Shown here in pieces: positions 16,653 to 26,338 of a DNA stretch of 32,000 bases. The stretch's first letter is position 1; every line of letters begins with the position of its first letter. The position numbers and the translations under genes were made by a program. The notes under the pieces were generated by a model that saw only the letters and a list, made by a program, of their open reading frames with translations, did no database searches and was not told where the DNA came from. The DNA comes from an uncultured Bacteroidota bacterium (GTDB lineage: Bacteria; Bacteroidota; Ignavibacteria; Ignavibacteriales; Ignavibacteriaceae), in assembly GCA_963782475.1 (NCBI GenBank), contig CAWAJW010000008.1, forward strand, positions 32,671 to 64,670, given 5' to 3'.

Positions 16653-17297
16653 ATGAAAAATCAATTAACCGAACGACAGCAGGAAATCCTTTCCTTTATT
16701 TCACAATTCCGCGAAATTAGCGGCTATCCGCCTACTTTAAGAGAAATAGGTAAAAAGTTTGACATATCCTCAACATTTGGTGTAAAAAGACATCTTGATG
16801 CATTGGTAAAAAAAGGTTATTTGACTATAGAAAGTTATGCCAGCAGGGGTATTAGTTTCGTTCATAATATTGTTTCGGAAGGGACTATAAATTACAGCGG
16901 GGAAGATGAATTCAGAAAAATACCGATTGTCGGCAGGGTAGCTGCCGGTTCTCCTATTCTGGCCATTGAGAATATTGAAGGAAGCGTTGTTATAGATAAT
17001 TCTTTTATGAAAAGGTCGGATGACTGCTTTGCCCTGAAAGTTAAAGGTGATAGTATGATCAATGCAGGGATATTTGAAGGAGACCTTGTTATTGTTTCAC
17101 CAAGTAAGGAATCGGTTAATGGGGATACTATTGTAGCACGTCTAAATGATGAAGTTACAGTAAAAACTTTCGAGAAGAAAAAAAATAAAATCAGACTGAT
17201 TCCTGAGAATGATAACTACAAGCCGATTGAAGTAGATGATAAAAAAGAATTTTCAATAATCGGGAAAGTAGTTGGAGTAATCAGGTGGTTTAACTAG
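16653..17297 (+). CDS. lexA: LexA repressor (S24 peptidase family)
   Basis: The N-terminal winged HTH is LTERQQEILSFI...GYPPTLREIGKKF. It has the Ala-Gly cleavage site in GRVAAGSP, the Ser nucleophile in KGDSM and the Lys in EVTVKTF. The ATG at 16653 is preferred over the TTG at 16641. Confidence 0.92.
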   Translation: MKNQLTERQQEILSFISQFREISGYPPTLREIGKKFDISSTFGVKRHLDALVKKGYLTIESYASRGISFVHNIVSEGTINYSGEDEFRKIPIVGRVAAGSPILAIENIEGSVVIDNSFMKRSDDCFALKVKGDSMINAGIFEGDLVIVSPSKESVNGDTIVARLNDEVTVKTFEKKKNKIRLIPENDNYKPIEVDDKKEFSIIGKVVGVIRWFN

Positions 17298-17309
17298 AAA
17301 GAGGTTTAT

Positions 17310-17558
17310 ATGAAATCAGAAATTTTTTCAAGCGCAATTTACAACCGTAATACAATTAAGTTTTTGTATTTATTAAATGAGGTTACAATTGATCCCTATT
17401 TTATTTCTCAGGATAAATCGGGGAAAAAGATTATTTATGGAAAAACATATAACTCAAGTGAGATAAAAAAATTTGAATTTGATAAAATCGTAAATATAAG
17501 AGTGCTGAGAAAAAACAAATTTTCACCGATTATCCCCATCATTGCTCAAATGAACTAA
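17310..17558 (+). CDS. Small stand-alone WYL-like domain protein (82 aa), co-operonic with lexA
   Basis: There is a 12-nt gap after lexA, with the RBS AAGAGG. SSAIYNRNTIKFLYLLNEVTIDPYFISQDKSGKKIIYGKTYNSSEIKKFEFDKIVNIRVLRKNKF follows the WYL-domain pattern (l+F.Y....R.v.P..l....g.WYL.g......+.F+ld+I..v.vL...F), with IIY in place of WYL. Confidence 0.55.
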   Translation: MKSEIFSSAIYNRNTIKFLYLLNEVTIDPYFISQDKSGKKIIYGKTYNSSEIKKFEFDKIVNIRVLRKNKFSPIIPIIAQMN

Positions 17559-17574
17559 AGATGTGAGGTATATA

Positions 17575-18006
17575 ATGATGAACACAGTAAAAAGAAGAAA
17601 TATAGATTTGTTAATAGAAGAATTTTGGAAATTAGGTTATTTAACGGTCAGCCGTAAATTCGGAACTTATCTTCCGGAACCTTCAAAAGTAGGCAAATTT
17701 GAAGTTGATATAGTAGCACGGCAGAGAAAGAATTATGCGATAGGCATTACCTTAAATTTTTCTGATCTCAATGATCCTTCCTTGATAGATAAACTAAATT
17801 ATCTTGCTACAAGGCAAACCAGGTACACAAATAAAAGAGTGATATTATTTGTAGGTATATCTAAAGATTTGTTTAAAAATATGAGAGCTTTAATTGATAC
17901 GTTAAATCCTGAAGTTAAAAATAATATAAAATTATTTGAAATTATTGATAGATCAATTATTCCGAATAGGAGATCATTGAAAAAAGAAAAAGTTCTTTTC
18001 TCATAA
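17575..18006 (+). CDS. Hypothetical protein (143 aa) with a degenerate PD-(D/E)xK/YraN-like motif, third gene of the lexA operon
   Basis: The RBS GAGGT lies 5 nt upstream of the ATG at 17575. GKFEVDIVARQRKNYAIGITL resembles GEIDLIA....lvfVEVK of UPF0102/YraN-type nuclease folds, but the E-x-K is absent. I recognise no other motifs. Confidence 0.5.
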   Translation: MMNTVKRRNIDLLIEEFWKLGYLTVSRKFGTYLPEPSKVGKFEVDIVARQRKNYAIGITLNFSDLNDPSLIDKLNYLATRQTRYTNKRVILFVGISKDLFKNMRALIDTLNPEVKNNIKLFEIIDRSIIPNRRSLKKEKVLFS

Positions 18007-18228
18007 TTATAGGATTATTTAATGGAACAGATTCTCTTATTCAGAGCAGCATTTTTTGCAAATTACGATGATTTTTGATGATTTATTCTAATTTAGAGAT
18101 GAATATCCATCCTTATTAATAGAGTTGCATTTTCTCTATTATTTTTCCTAACTCCGTTTTTACCTTTTATTATAAAATTCCTTCTTGCTATTTTTACACC
18201 GGTATAATTTAAAGAGTATTAACAATTC

Positions 18229-18257
18229 TTGACATTAAATTTACATAAGGGTAATTT
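18229..18257 (+). promoter_or_regulatory. Sigma-70-type promoter candidate upstream of uppS
   Basis: TTGACA (18229-18234), a 17-nt spacer, then TAATTT (18252-18257). Confidence 0.4.
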
Positions 18258-18286
18258 TACATGTTTTATCAATTTTGGAATAGAAT

Positions 18287-19107
18287 TTGGTTAGAGTAGA
18301 AAAAGTATCTGATGAAAAACTTCAAAATGAGCTTAAAAAATCAGGGGAAATTCCTGTTCATATTGCAATAATTATGGATGGTAATGGAAGATGGGCAAGA
18401 AAAAGAGGATTTCCAAGGGTTGCTGGCCATAAAAGGGGGATCGACACAGTAAAAGATATTGTTAAAGCCTGTGTTCAAATCGGGGTGAAATATTTAACTC
18501 TTTATACATTTTCAACGGAGAATTGGAACCGTCCTAAAGATGAAGTTTCAACCCTTATGAGTTTACTTGTAAGAACACTTAGAAAAGAGGTAAATGAATT
18601 AAATGAAAATGATGTTAAATTAAATGCAATAGGAAATGTTGAAGCTCTTCCGTTAGAAGTTCAGAAAGAATTACATGATTCTATTCAAAAGACGAAAAAT
18701 AATAGAAAAATGACATTGAATTTGGCACTAAGCTACAGCGGAAGATGGGAACTTATTAAGGCAATTAAAGAAATTTCTAAGCAAATAGCCGATGGAAATT
18801 TAAAGGTAGATGAGATAAGTGAAGACTGTATTTCGAGTTATTTAGATACTAAAAATATTCCGGATCCGGATTTATTAATCAGAACCAGCGGAGAATTCCG
18901 GGTAAGTAATTTTTTACTTTGGCAGATTGCTTATACCGAATTTTTTATTTCAGATGTTTATTGGCCCGATTTTAAAGGAAAGATCTTTACCAGGCAATCA
19001 AAAATTTTCAGGGCAGAGAAAGAAGGTTTGGAAAGGTTAGTGAACAAATTCAAAAAAATAAAAAAGGTTTAAAGAATGTTTCAGACCTCTCTCAAGAGAC
19101 GATATAA
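18287..19107 (+). CDS. uppS: Undecaprenyl-diphosphate synthase. There is a frame break near 18971-18978 (the ORF as given is 18287-19072).
   Basis: Motifs seen: HIAIIMDGNGRWA, GH..G, LTLYTFSTENW.RP..EV, LIRTSGE.R.SNFLLWQ.AYTEF and WPDF. After WPDF another frame reads KDLYQAIKNFQGRERRFGKV, the conserved UppS C-terminus, and ends at 19105-19107. The start is an apparent TTG. Confidence 0.88.
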
Positions 19108-21587
19108 AATTTTTATCCCCCTTTTAGTCTTTATTTTTTATTCTGTTGTTTTTTCTCAGGTAAATACTCCTGTTACCTATAAAATACTCGGAATTTCTGT
19201 TGAGGGGAATAAAACTGCGGATGTTAATACAATAATTGTTAACAGCGGGTTAAAAATTGGAGATGAAATTCAAATCCCCGGTGATCAAACTTTAAATGCA
19301 ATTAAAAATCTATGGAACCTGAATATATTTTCGGATATCCAGATTTTAGAGGATAAAAAAGTTGGGGACGGTATCTTCCTGACAATAAAAGTTACAGAAT
19401 ACCCGCGTATCGAGAAAACAGTTATTGAGGGAAATGATGAGTTGAGTACAAGCGATATTGAAGAAAAAATCCATTTTGGCAGGGGACAAATTCTTACGCC
19501 TGAAGAAGTAAACAATTTGAAATTAAAAATAATAAAAATGTATGAGGATGACGGCTATTTAAATGCAGTCGTTACTCCTGAATATTTTGTTTACTTTACC
19601 GCCGATACTTCTGAAGATAAAGTAACAGTTACATGGAGAAATGAAAAAGATTTGGCGGATGAATACAAACTTGATTATGAAAAGGATGAAGTTTCTTCTT
19701 ATAATCTGATTCCTAAAATTAAAGACCGTATTCTCCTTAAAATAGAAATAAAGGAAAATGAGAGGGTTACAGTTAGGCATATTGAATTTGAAGGTAATAA
19801 GGCTTTTGATGATGGCGACCTTAAAGGGGCAATGGACGAGATTTCCGAAGCTAAATGGTGGAAATTCTGGAACAGCGCTAAATTTGATAGTAAGAAATTC
19901 GAAAAAGATAAAAAATCAATTAAGGATTTTTATCTTAAGAATGGATACAGGGATGCAGAAATTATTTCTGATTCTTTGATTTATTCCAATAATAAACAAG
20001 ATTTAACGATTTTGATTAAAGTTTATGAAGGTCCCCAGTATAAAGTTAGAAATATTGTTTGGGAAGGGAATACTATTTACCCGGATGCCTTTCTTACCGA
20101 AAGATTAGATTTTAAGAAGGGTGATATATTCAATTATGAAAAATTTGAACAAAATTTAAGAGGAAATGAAGATCAAACAGATGTTACTTCATTATATCTC
20201 GATAACGGATATTTAACTTTTAATTTAGATGAATCAGAATCAAAAGTAGGAAAAGATTCAATTGATATTGATATTAAAATTGATGAAAAAAATCAATTTA
20301 AAATTGGCCGGGTAGATATTTCAGGTAATGATAAAACAAAAGATAAAGTAATACGTCGTGAGCTTTACTCGATACCAGGAGATTATTTTAATCGTGCACT
20401 TTTAATTCGAAGTATTCAGCAATTGGCAAACCTGAAATATTTTAATGTTGAGAAGCTTTATGGCGCCGATGCTGTAAATTATAAATTATCAAATGACAGT
20501 ACAGTAAATGTTTCTTTTAGTGTTGAAGAAAAATCAAGTGATTACTTGAATGCTTCGGTCGGCTACAGCGGTTCTTTCGGTTTTAGCGGAGCTGTTGGTA
20601 TTACTCTTACTAATTTTGCGCTTGATAAGCCTTTCTCTCTTGGGGGAGGTCAGATATTAAGTTTTAACTGGCAGTTTGGTGTAGGGAGTATTTACAGAAC
20701 TTTTACTTTAGGTTTTACTGAACCATGGTTATTTGACACACCTACACTTTTAGGCTTCGAAGTATTCGATACCCGTGAACAATATATTTACGATTTACGC
20801 CAATCCGGCGGAACAGTAAGGCTTGGAAGAAGGTTAAAATGGCCTGATGATTTCTTTGATGTTCAGGGTTTTTTCAGGTATCAATATAATAATGTTTTAA
20901 ATGGTCAAGGTTATTATCCTGTAGGTATCAGTCATCAATATACAATTGGTGCAACAATTTCAAGAAAAGATATAGACAACCCTATTTTCCCTTCCAAAGG
21001 ATCTAACCTTACAATTAGCGGTGAATTGTCAGGCGGTCCGTTTCTGCCCGGCGATGTAGATTATTACAAATTAGGTTTAACAACCGAATGGTACAAGAGG
21101 CTTATTTAATTCAAATAGAATTGCTCTTTATACAATTGCAAATTTAGGATATCTGCAGGAATTGAATGAAGCTACTAAATTGAAAATAAATCCCTTTGAT
21201 AAATTTTATATGGGCGGCAACGGTCTTGTAATTGCAACAGAACCTCTGCGCGGCTACGATGATAGAACGATTGGACCGCAAAATAGTGCAGGGCAGGTTA
21301 TTGGCGGAAGGGTTATGGAAAGGTATACTGCGGAATTAAGATTTGCTGTTACATTAGAACCGATGCCTCTTTACCTTCTTGCTTTTGCCGAGGCAGGCAA
21401 TGTCTTTGAAAGCTTCGATAAAACTGATATTTTTAACCTTAGAAGATCTGCCGGTTTTGGCGCAAGGATTTTAATTAACCCGATTGGTCTTATTGGTTTC
21501 GATCTTGGGTATGGTTTTGATAGAAAAGCAGTTGACGGGCATGATCCTTCATGGCTTTTCCATTTTCAATTTGGTAAGGGATTTTAA
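19076..21587 (+). CDS. bamA: Outer-membrane protein assembly factor BamA (Omp85). There is a frame break near 21101-21107 (fragments 19076-21109 and 21162-21587).
   Basis: It has a signal peptide, POTRA-like repeats (I..I.VEGN, V..I.FEGN, V..I.WEGN, I..V.ISGN) and a C-terminal beta-barrel ending in HFQFGKGF. Frame 2 continues ...KRL|FNSNRIALYTIANLGYLQELNEATKL across the break. Confidence 0.88.
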
Positions 21588-21622
21588 TCAATTTTTTTCT
21601 AAATAAAATAGAGGTAGTAATA

Positions 21623-22159
21623 GTGAAAAAATATCTTTTATTCTTTTCATTCTTTTTATTAAGCTGTGGATTTGTTTTTGGACAGGAAGCTCCCCAAAAA
21701 ATAGGTTATGTAGATTCACAGGTTATCTTAACCCAATTACCTGAAGCTATAAAAGCTCAAGGGCAGCTCGATGCTTTAACAAATCAATGGACTGCACAAT
21801 TGGATAGCATGAATAAGGATTTACAGCAGTCATATGAGCAATATCAAAAACAAGCTAATACAATGACAGAAGCCAAAAAAACTGCTGCACAGCAGGATCT
21901 TGTTGAGAAACAACAGGCTATGGAGAATTTTCGAAAAGATAAATTTGCTCAGCAAACCGGCGAAATTTATAAAATGAATGATCAGGTATTTGCCCCGGTA
22001 AAGAAAAAAATTTTCAAGGCTATTGAAGAAATTGCAAAAAAAGAAGGAATGAAATTCGTCTTTGATAAAGCTGGGGATGTTGTTCTCCTTTATGCCGATC
22101 CTGCTTATGATCTGACTTACCAGGTGCTTGATTTTTTGAAAAGAGGAGTAGTTAAATAA
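21623..22159 (+). CDS. skp: OmpH/Skp periplasmic chaperone, paralog 1 (GTG start)
   Basis: It has a signal peptide, then KIGYVDSQVILTQLPE and a coiled-coil Q/K-rich middle. The RBS GAGGT lies upstream. Confidence 0.8.
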   Translation: MKKYLLFFSFFLLSCGFVFGQEAPQKIGYVDSQVILTQLPEAIKAQGQLDALTNQWTAQLDSMNKDLQQSYEQYQKQANTMTEAKKTAAQQDLVEKQQAMENFRKDKFAQQTGEIYKMNDQVFAPVKKKIFKAIEEIAKKEGMKFVFDKAGDVVLLYADPAYDLTYQVLDFLKRGVVK

Positions 22160-22361
22160 TTCAGAATTATTATTTTGATTCCTAAGGTTTTTTCCCTGAA
22201 ATCTTGTTCAATTTAGTAATCTTATATTTTCATCAAAACATTATTTAAGTAAATCGCAGCATGGATAATATTCTGTGTTGCGATTATATTAAAAAGGTAG
22301 TTAACTTAAACTCATAAAATTACTTTTTTAATTATATCTTAAATGCCATGAAAGATTTAGT

Positions 22362-22883
22362 ATGAAAAAATTTATCTTTCTCTTTTTAGGGGGACTATTT
22401 ATTTTTGCCGGCAATTCTCCTGCACAATTAAAAATAGGTTATGTGGATTCTAATTCAATTATGGATAACCTTCCCGATGCACAGGATGCAAGACAAAAAT
22501 TAGATGCTATAATACAGGACTGGCAGAAAGAGCTCAATGATTTGCAAAGCCAATGGCAGACAAAGTATGACGATTACCAAAAGCGTAAATTAATTATGAC
22601 TGATCAAACACGTTCTGATATGGAAGCAGAGCTTGTGAAGCTTGAACAGCAGGTAACTGATTACAGGGAAAAGAAATTCGGAACAAACGGTGAATTATTT
22701 CAAAAGCAGGATGAATTAATGAAACCCGTTCAAAATAAAGTTTTTAATGCCATACAGGATGTTGCAAAAGAAGAGGATCTAGATTTTGTTCTTGATAAAA
22801 GCGGTGCAGCTCCCCTGCTCCTTTATGCAAAAGATCAGTATGATGTTACTCCTAAAGTTATGGATAAATTAAAATTAAAGTAG
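22362..22883 (+). CDS. skp: OmpH/Skp periplasmic chaperone, paralog 2
   Basis: It has a signal peptide, KIGYVDSNSIMDNLPD, the same architecture, and the C-terminal ...YDVTPKVMDKLK, parallel to paralog 1. Confidence 0.8.
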   Translation: MKKFIFLFLGGLFIFAGNSPAQLKIGYVDSNSIMDNLPDAQDARQKLDAIIQDWQKELNDLQSQWQTKYDDYQKRKLIMTDQTRSDMEAELVKLEQQVTDYREKKFGTNGELFQKQDELMKPVQNKVFNAIQDVAKEEDLDFVLDKSGAAPLLLYAKDQYDVTPKVMDKLKLK

Positions 22884-22887
22884 TCTA

Positions 22888-23946
22888 ATGAATTTAACAA
22901 TTGAAGAAATTGCAGATTATATTAAGGCTGATGTAGTTGGCAATGAAAAAGAAAAAATAAATAATGTAGCAAAAATTGAAGAGGCACAGCCCGGCGATTT
23001 AACCTTTCTTTATCATCCTTCATATGAAAAATATTTCTCTTTAACAAAAGCTACGGCGATTGTAGTAAAACCTGATTTTAAAAAAACAAGAAATGATATT
23101 ATTTATATTGAAATATCTGAACCGGATAAAGCTTTTGCTAAAATAATTGTTAAATTTTTCTCCCCTGAGATAAAGCTTGCAGGAATAGATAATTCGGCTT
23201 CAATCGATTCTTCAGCTGAATTGGGAACAGGTACTTCTATAGGGAAGAATGTTGTAATTTCTGCCGGGTGCAAAATAGGTAAAAATGTAAAAATATTTCA
23301 TAACACCGTTATTCTTGAAAATGTGGATGTAGGTGACGATTCGATAATCTACCAGAATGTCAGCATCAGGGAAAATTGTAAATTGGGTAAAAGAGTTATT
23401 GTTCATGCCAATTCCGTTATCGGTTCTGATGGTTTTGGTTATTATAATGATGATAAAGGGGCTTTTCAAAAAATCCCCCAAATAGGAAATGTTGTTTTGG
23501 AAGATGATGTTGAAATCGGTTCAAATGTTTCGATTGACAGGGCAGCATTAGGATCAACTATATTAAAAAGAGGAGTTAAAGTTGATAATCTTGTTCAGAT
23601 TGCACACAATGTTTCAATTGGTGAAGATTCTGCCATAGCTTCTCAAACAGGTATTTCGGGAAGCACTAAAATTGGGAAGCATGTTCTGCTTGCCGGGCAG
23701 GTTGGGTTAGCCGGTCATATTGAAATTACTGATAATGTTATTCTTTATGCAAAGTCAGGTATTTCAACTAATATAACTAAACCTGGAACTTATTTTGGTT
23801 ACCCTGCAAAAGATGTAAAAACTGCGTTGAAGCTGGAAGCTCACTTTAGAAGACTTCCCCAGTATGCTGAAAAGATTAAAGAACTCGAAAATGAAATAAA
23901 AATATTAAAGGATTCCATTCAAAATCTTTCACAAAAAAATTCTTAA
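22888..23946 (+). CDS. lpxD: UDP-3-O-acylglucosamine N-acyltransferase
   Basis: It has the N-terminal LpxD domain (LTIEEIADYI...), extended hexapeptide repeats, GSDGFGY and VQIAHNV.IG. Its position is the canonical bamA-skp-lpxD one. Confidence 0.9.
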   Translation: MNLTIEEIADYIKADVVGNEKEKINNVAKIEEAQPGDLTFLYHPSYEKYFSLTKATAIVVKPDFKKTRNDIIYIEISEPDKAFAKIIVKFFSPEIKLAGIDNSASIDSSAELGTGTSIGKNVVISAGCKIGKNVKIFHNTVILENVDVGDDSIIYQNVSIRENCKLGKRVIVHANSVIGSDGFGYYNDDKGAFQKIPQIGNVVLEDDVEIGSNVSIDRAALGSTILKRGVKVDNLVQIAHNVSIGEDSAIASQTGISGSTKIGKHVLLAGQVGLAGHIEITDNVILYAKSGISTNITKPGTYFGYPAKDVKTALKLEAHFRRLPQYAEKIKELENEIKILKDSIQNLSQKNS

Positions 23947-24137
23947 ATTTATATTAAAAAAGATCAAAGCTTCCTTGTTTTAATTGAATTTCATACCTCA
24001 ACTTACTATTTTAATCCCGTCTTTATCCGGTAATTGCCGGTTTAAAATATCTATGCTTAAACATTCATTTAGAATTTTTTATCGGTAAAATCTGCATTAT
24101 AAGTATTGAACAATAATATCACAATTAGGAATAAAAT

Positions 24138-25547
24138 ATGTTAGAATTGCAAAGAACTATTTTAAATCCGGTTTCAATTTCCGGCGTTGGACTTCATACG
24201 GGAGAAAAATGCACAATGACATTTAAGACTGCTCCCGAGAATTATGGAATTAGATTTATAAGAATCGATTTAGGCGGTCGGCCGGAAATACCTGCAAATG
24301 CAGATAACGTAATCGATATGTCGAGAGGAACTACGCTGGGTATTGGAGAAGCTAAAGTCCATACCGTTGAACATGTACTTGCTGCTGTTGTCGGTTTGCA
24401 GATAGATAATATTATAATTGAATTAGACGGTATTGAACCGCCTGTTGGCGACGGCAGTGCAATGCCTTATGTAAATATTTTAAAAGAAGCAGGCTTTGTT
24501 CAGCAGGATGCACCGAAAGATTATTTAATTATTGATGAAACCGTGATCTATCATGAAGAAGATAAACAGGTAGATATAGTTGCTCTTCCTCTGGATGGTT
24601 ACCGTGCTACGGTTATGGTAGATTATCAGAATCCCGCTTTAGGCAGTCAGCATACCGGTTTGTTTGACCTGGAAAAAGAATTTGTTACGGAATTTGCTCC
24701 CTCCCGTACGTTTTGTTTTTTAAGCGAAGTTGAATCTCTTGCTAATAACGGACTGATAAAAGGGGGAGATATTGATAATGCAATTGTTATTATTGATAAA
24801 GAAGCATCCGATGAAGAGCTTGAACAAATAAGGAAAAAATTGGGTGTTAAGGAAAAAATTTCTTTGGGGGATAACGGTATTCTTAATAATAAAGAGCTTC
24901 GCTTTAAAAATGAACCTGTAAGACATAAGTTACTTGATTTAATAGGGGACTTGGCATTAATTGGAGCGCCTATTAAAGCACAAATCCTGGCTGCACGCCC
25001 CGGTCACAAATCAAATGTTGAATTTGCAAAACAGGTCAGAAAATTATACCAGCAGAAGAAATTGGTTAAGAAATTCCAGTTTGTTAAAAAAGCGGGGGTT
25101 GTTTTAGATGTGAATGCTATTCAAAGAATTTTACCTCACAGGTATCCTTTCTTAATGGTTGATAAAATAATAGAGCTTGAACTTGAGAAAAAGGTTATAG
25201 GAGTAAAATCTGTTACAATAAATGAACCCTTTTTTGTAGGCCATTTCCCCGGTCAGCCGATAATGCCAGGAGTTTTAATTATTGAAGCAATGGCGCAAAC
25301 CAGCGGGATCCTGATCTTAAATTCGCTTCCTAATTTTGAAGAGAAGCTGGTTTATTTTATGCAGATGAATAATGTAAAATTTAGGAAACCCGTGGTTCCG
25401 GGAGATCAGTTATTCCTTGAAGTTGAATTGGTGAATAAGAGAAGTAAAGTATTTATGATGAAGGGCAAAGCTTTTGTAAATGATATCCTCGTTGCCGAAG
25501 CGGATTTTATGGCAGGAGTTGTTGATCGAGATAACAGTAATATCTAA
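24138..25547 (+). CDS. lpxC/fabZ: Bifunctional UDP-3-O-acyl-GlcNAc deacetylase / 3-hydroxyacyl-ACP dehydratase (LpxC-FabZ fusion)
   Basis: The LpxC part has QRTI...SGVGLHTG, HTVEHVLAA, HKLLDLIGDL and PGHK.N. The FabZ part has ILPHRYPFLMVDKI, FFVGHFPG.PIMPGVLIIEAMAQ. Confidence 0.92.
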   Translation: MLELQRTILNPVSISGVGLHTGEKCTMTFKTAPENYGIRFIRIDLGGRPEIPANADNVIDMSRGTTLGIGEAKVHTVEHVLAAVVGLQIDNIIIELDGIEPPVGDGSAMPYVNILKEAGFVQQDAPKDYLIIDETVIYHEEDKQVDIVALPLDGYRATVMVDYQNPALGSQHTGLFDLEKEFVTEFAPSRTFCFLSEVESLANNGLIKGGDIDNAIVIIDKEASDEELEQIRKKLGVKEKISLGDNGILNNKELRFKNEPVRHKLLDLIGDLALIGAPIKAQILAARPGHKSNVEFAKQVRKLYQQKKLVKKFQFVKKAGVVLDVNAIQRILPHRYPFLMVDKIIELELEKKVIGVKSVTINEPFFVGHFPGQPIMPGVLIIEAMAQTSGILILNSLPNFEEKLVYFMQMNNVKFRKPVVPGDQLFLEVELVNKRSKVFMMKGKAFVNDILVAEADFMAGVVDRDNSNI

Positions 25548-25558
25548 TTTAAAACAAA

Positions 25559-26338
25559 ATGAGTAAAATCCATCCAACCGCAATTGTTAACAACAAAGCT
25601 GAGCTAGGTGACAATATCGAAATTGCCCCTTATGCAATTATTGAAGAGAATGTGGAAATTGGAAATGATTGTTATATTGGACCTCATGCTGTGATATATA
25701 ATGGTGCAAGAATTAAAAATCGGGTAAAAATTTTCCAGTCCTCATCAGTTGCCCATCTCCCTCAGGATTTTACATATAAAGGTGAAAGTACTAATTTTAT
25801 TATTGATGATGATACCATAATTCGTGAATTTGTTACTTTGCACAAAGGAACACAATCAACCGGTTTTTCTAGAGTCGGAAAGAATTGTTATCTTATGGCA
25901 TACTCACATGTTGCTCATGATTGTATTGTCGGTGACAATTGCATCTTATCTAACGGAGTTCAAATCGGAGGTCATGTAGTAATAGAAGATTATGTAATTA
26001 TCGGGGGATTAACACCTGTGCATCAATTCTGCAAAGTTGGTCAGCATTGCATGATTGGGGGAGGGTTTAGAATTACCCAGGATGTCCCGCCATATATACT
26101 TGGTGCCAGTGAACCATTGAAATATTCCGGGGTGAACTCAATTGGTTTAAGAAGGCGGGGCTTTTCAAATGAGGATATTTCCCTTATTAAAAAAGCTTAC
26201 AGCTTTATCTATAGCAAATCATTAAATGTTTCCCAGGCTAAAGAAAAAATTATTAACGAAATAGGAACAGATAATATTTACATCCGGAATATTCTAGAAT
26301 TTTTAAATCAAAGCAAAAGGGGTTTAATAGGGAAATGA
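25559..26338 (+). CDS. lpxA: Acyl-ACP--UDP-GlcNAc O-acyltransferase
   Basis: IHPTAIV followed by hexapeptide repeats, VAHDC.VG and GLRRRGFS matches LpxA. Confidence 0.9.
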   Translation: MSKIHPTAIVNNKAELGDNIEIAPYAIIEENVEIGNDCYIGPHAVIYNGARIKNRVKIFQSSSVAHLPQDFTYKGESTNFIIDDDTIIREFVTLHKGTQSTGFSRVGKNCYLMAYSHVAHDCIVGDNCILSNGVQIGGHVVIEDYVIIGGLTPVHQFCKVGQHCMIGGGFRITQDVPPYILGASEPLKYSGVNSIGLRRRGFSNEDISLIKKAYSFIYSKSLNVSQAKEKIINEIGTDNIYIRNILEFLNQSKRGLIGK

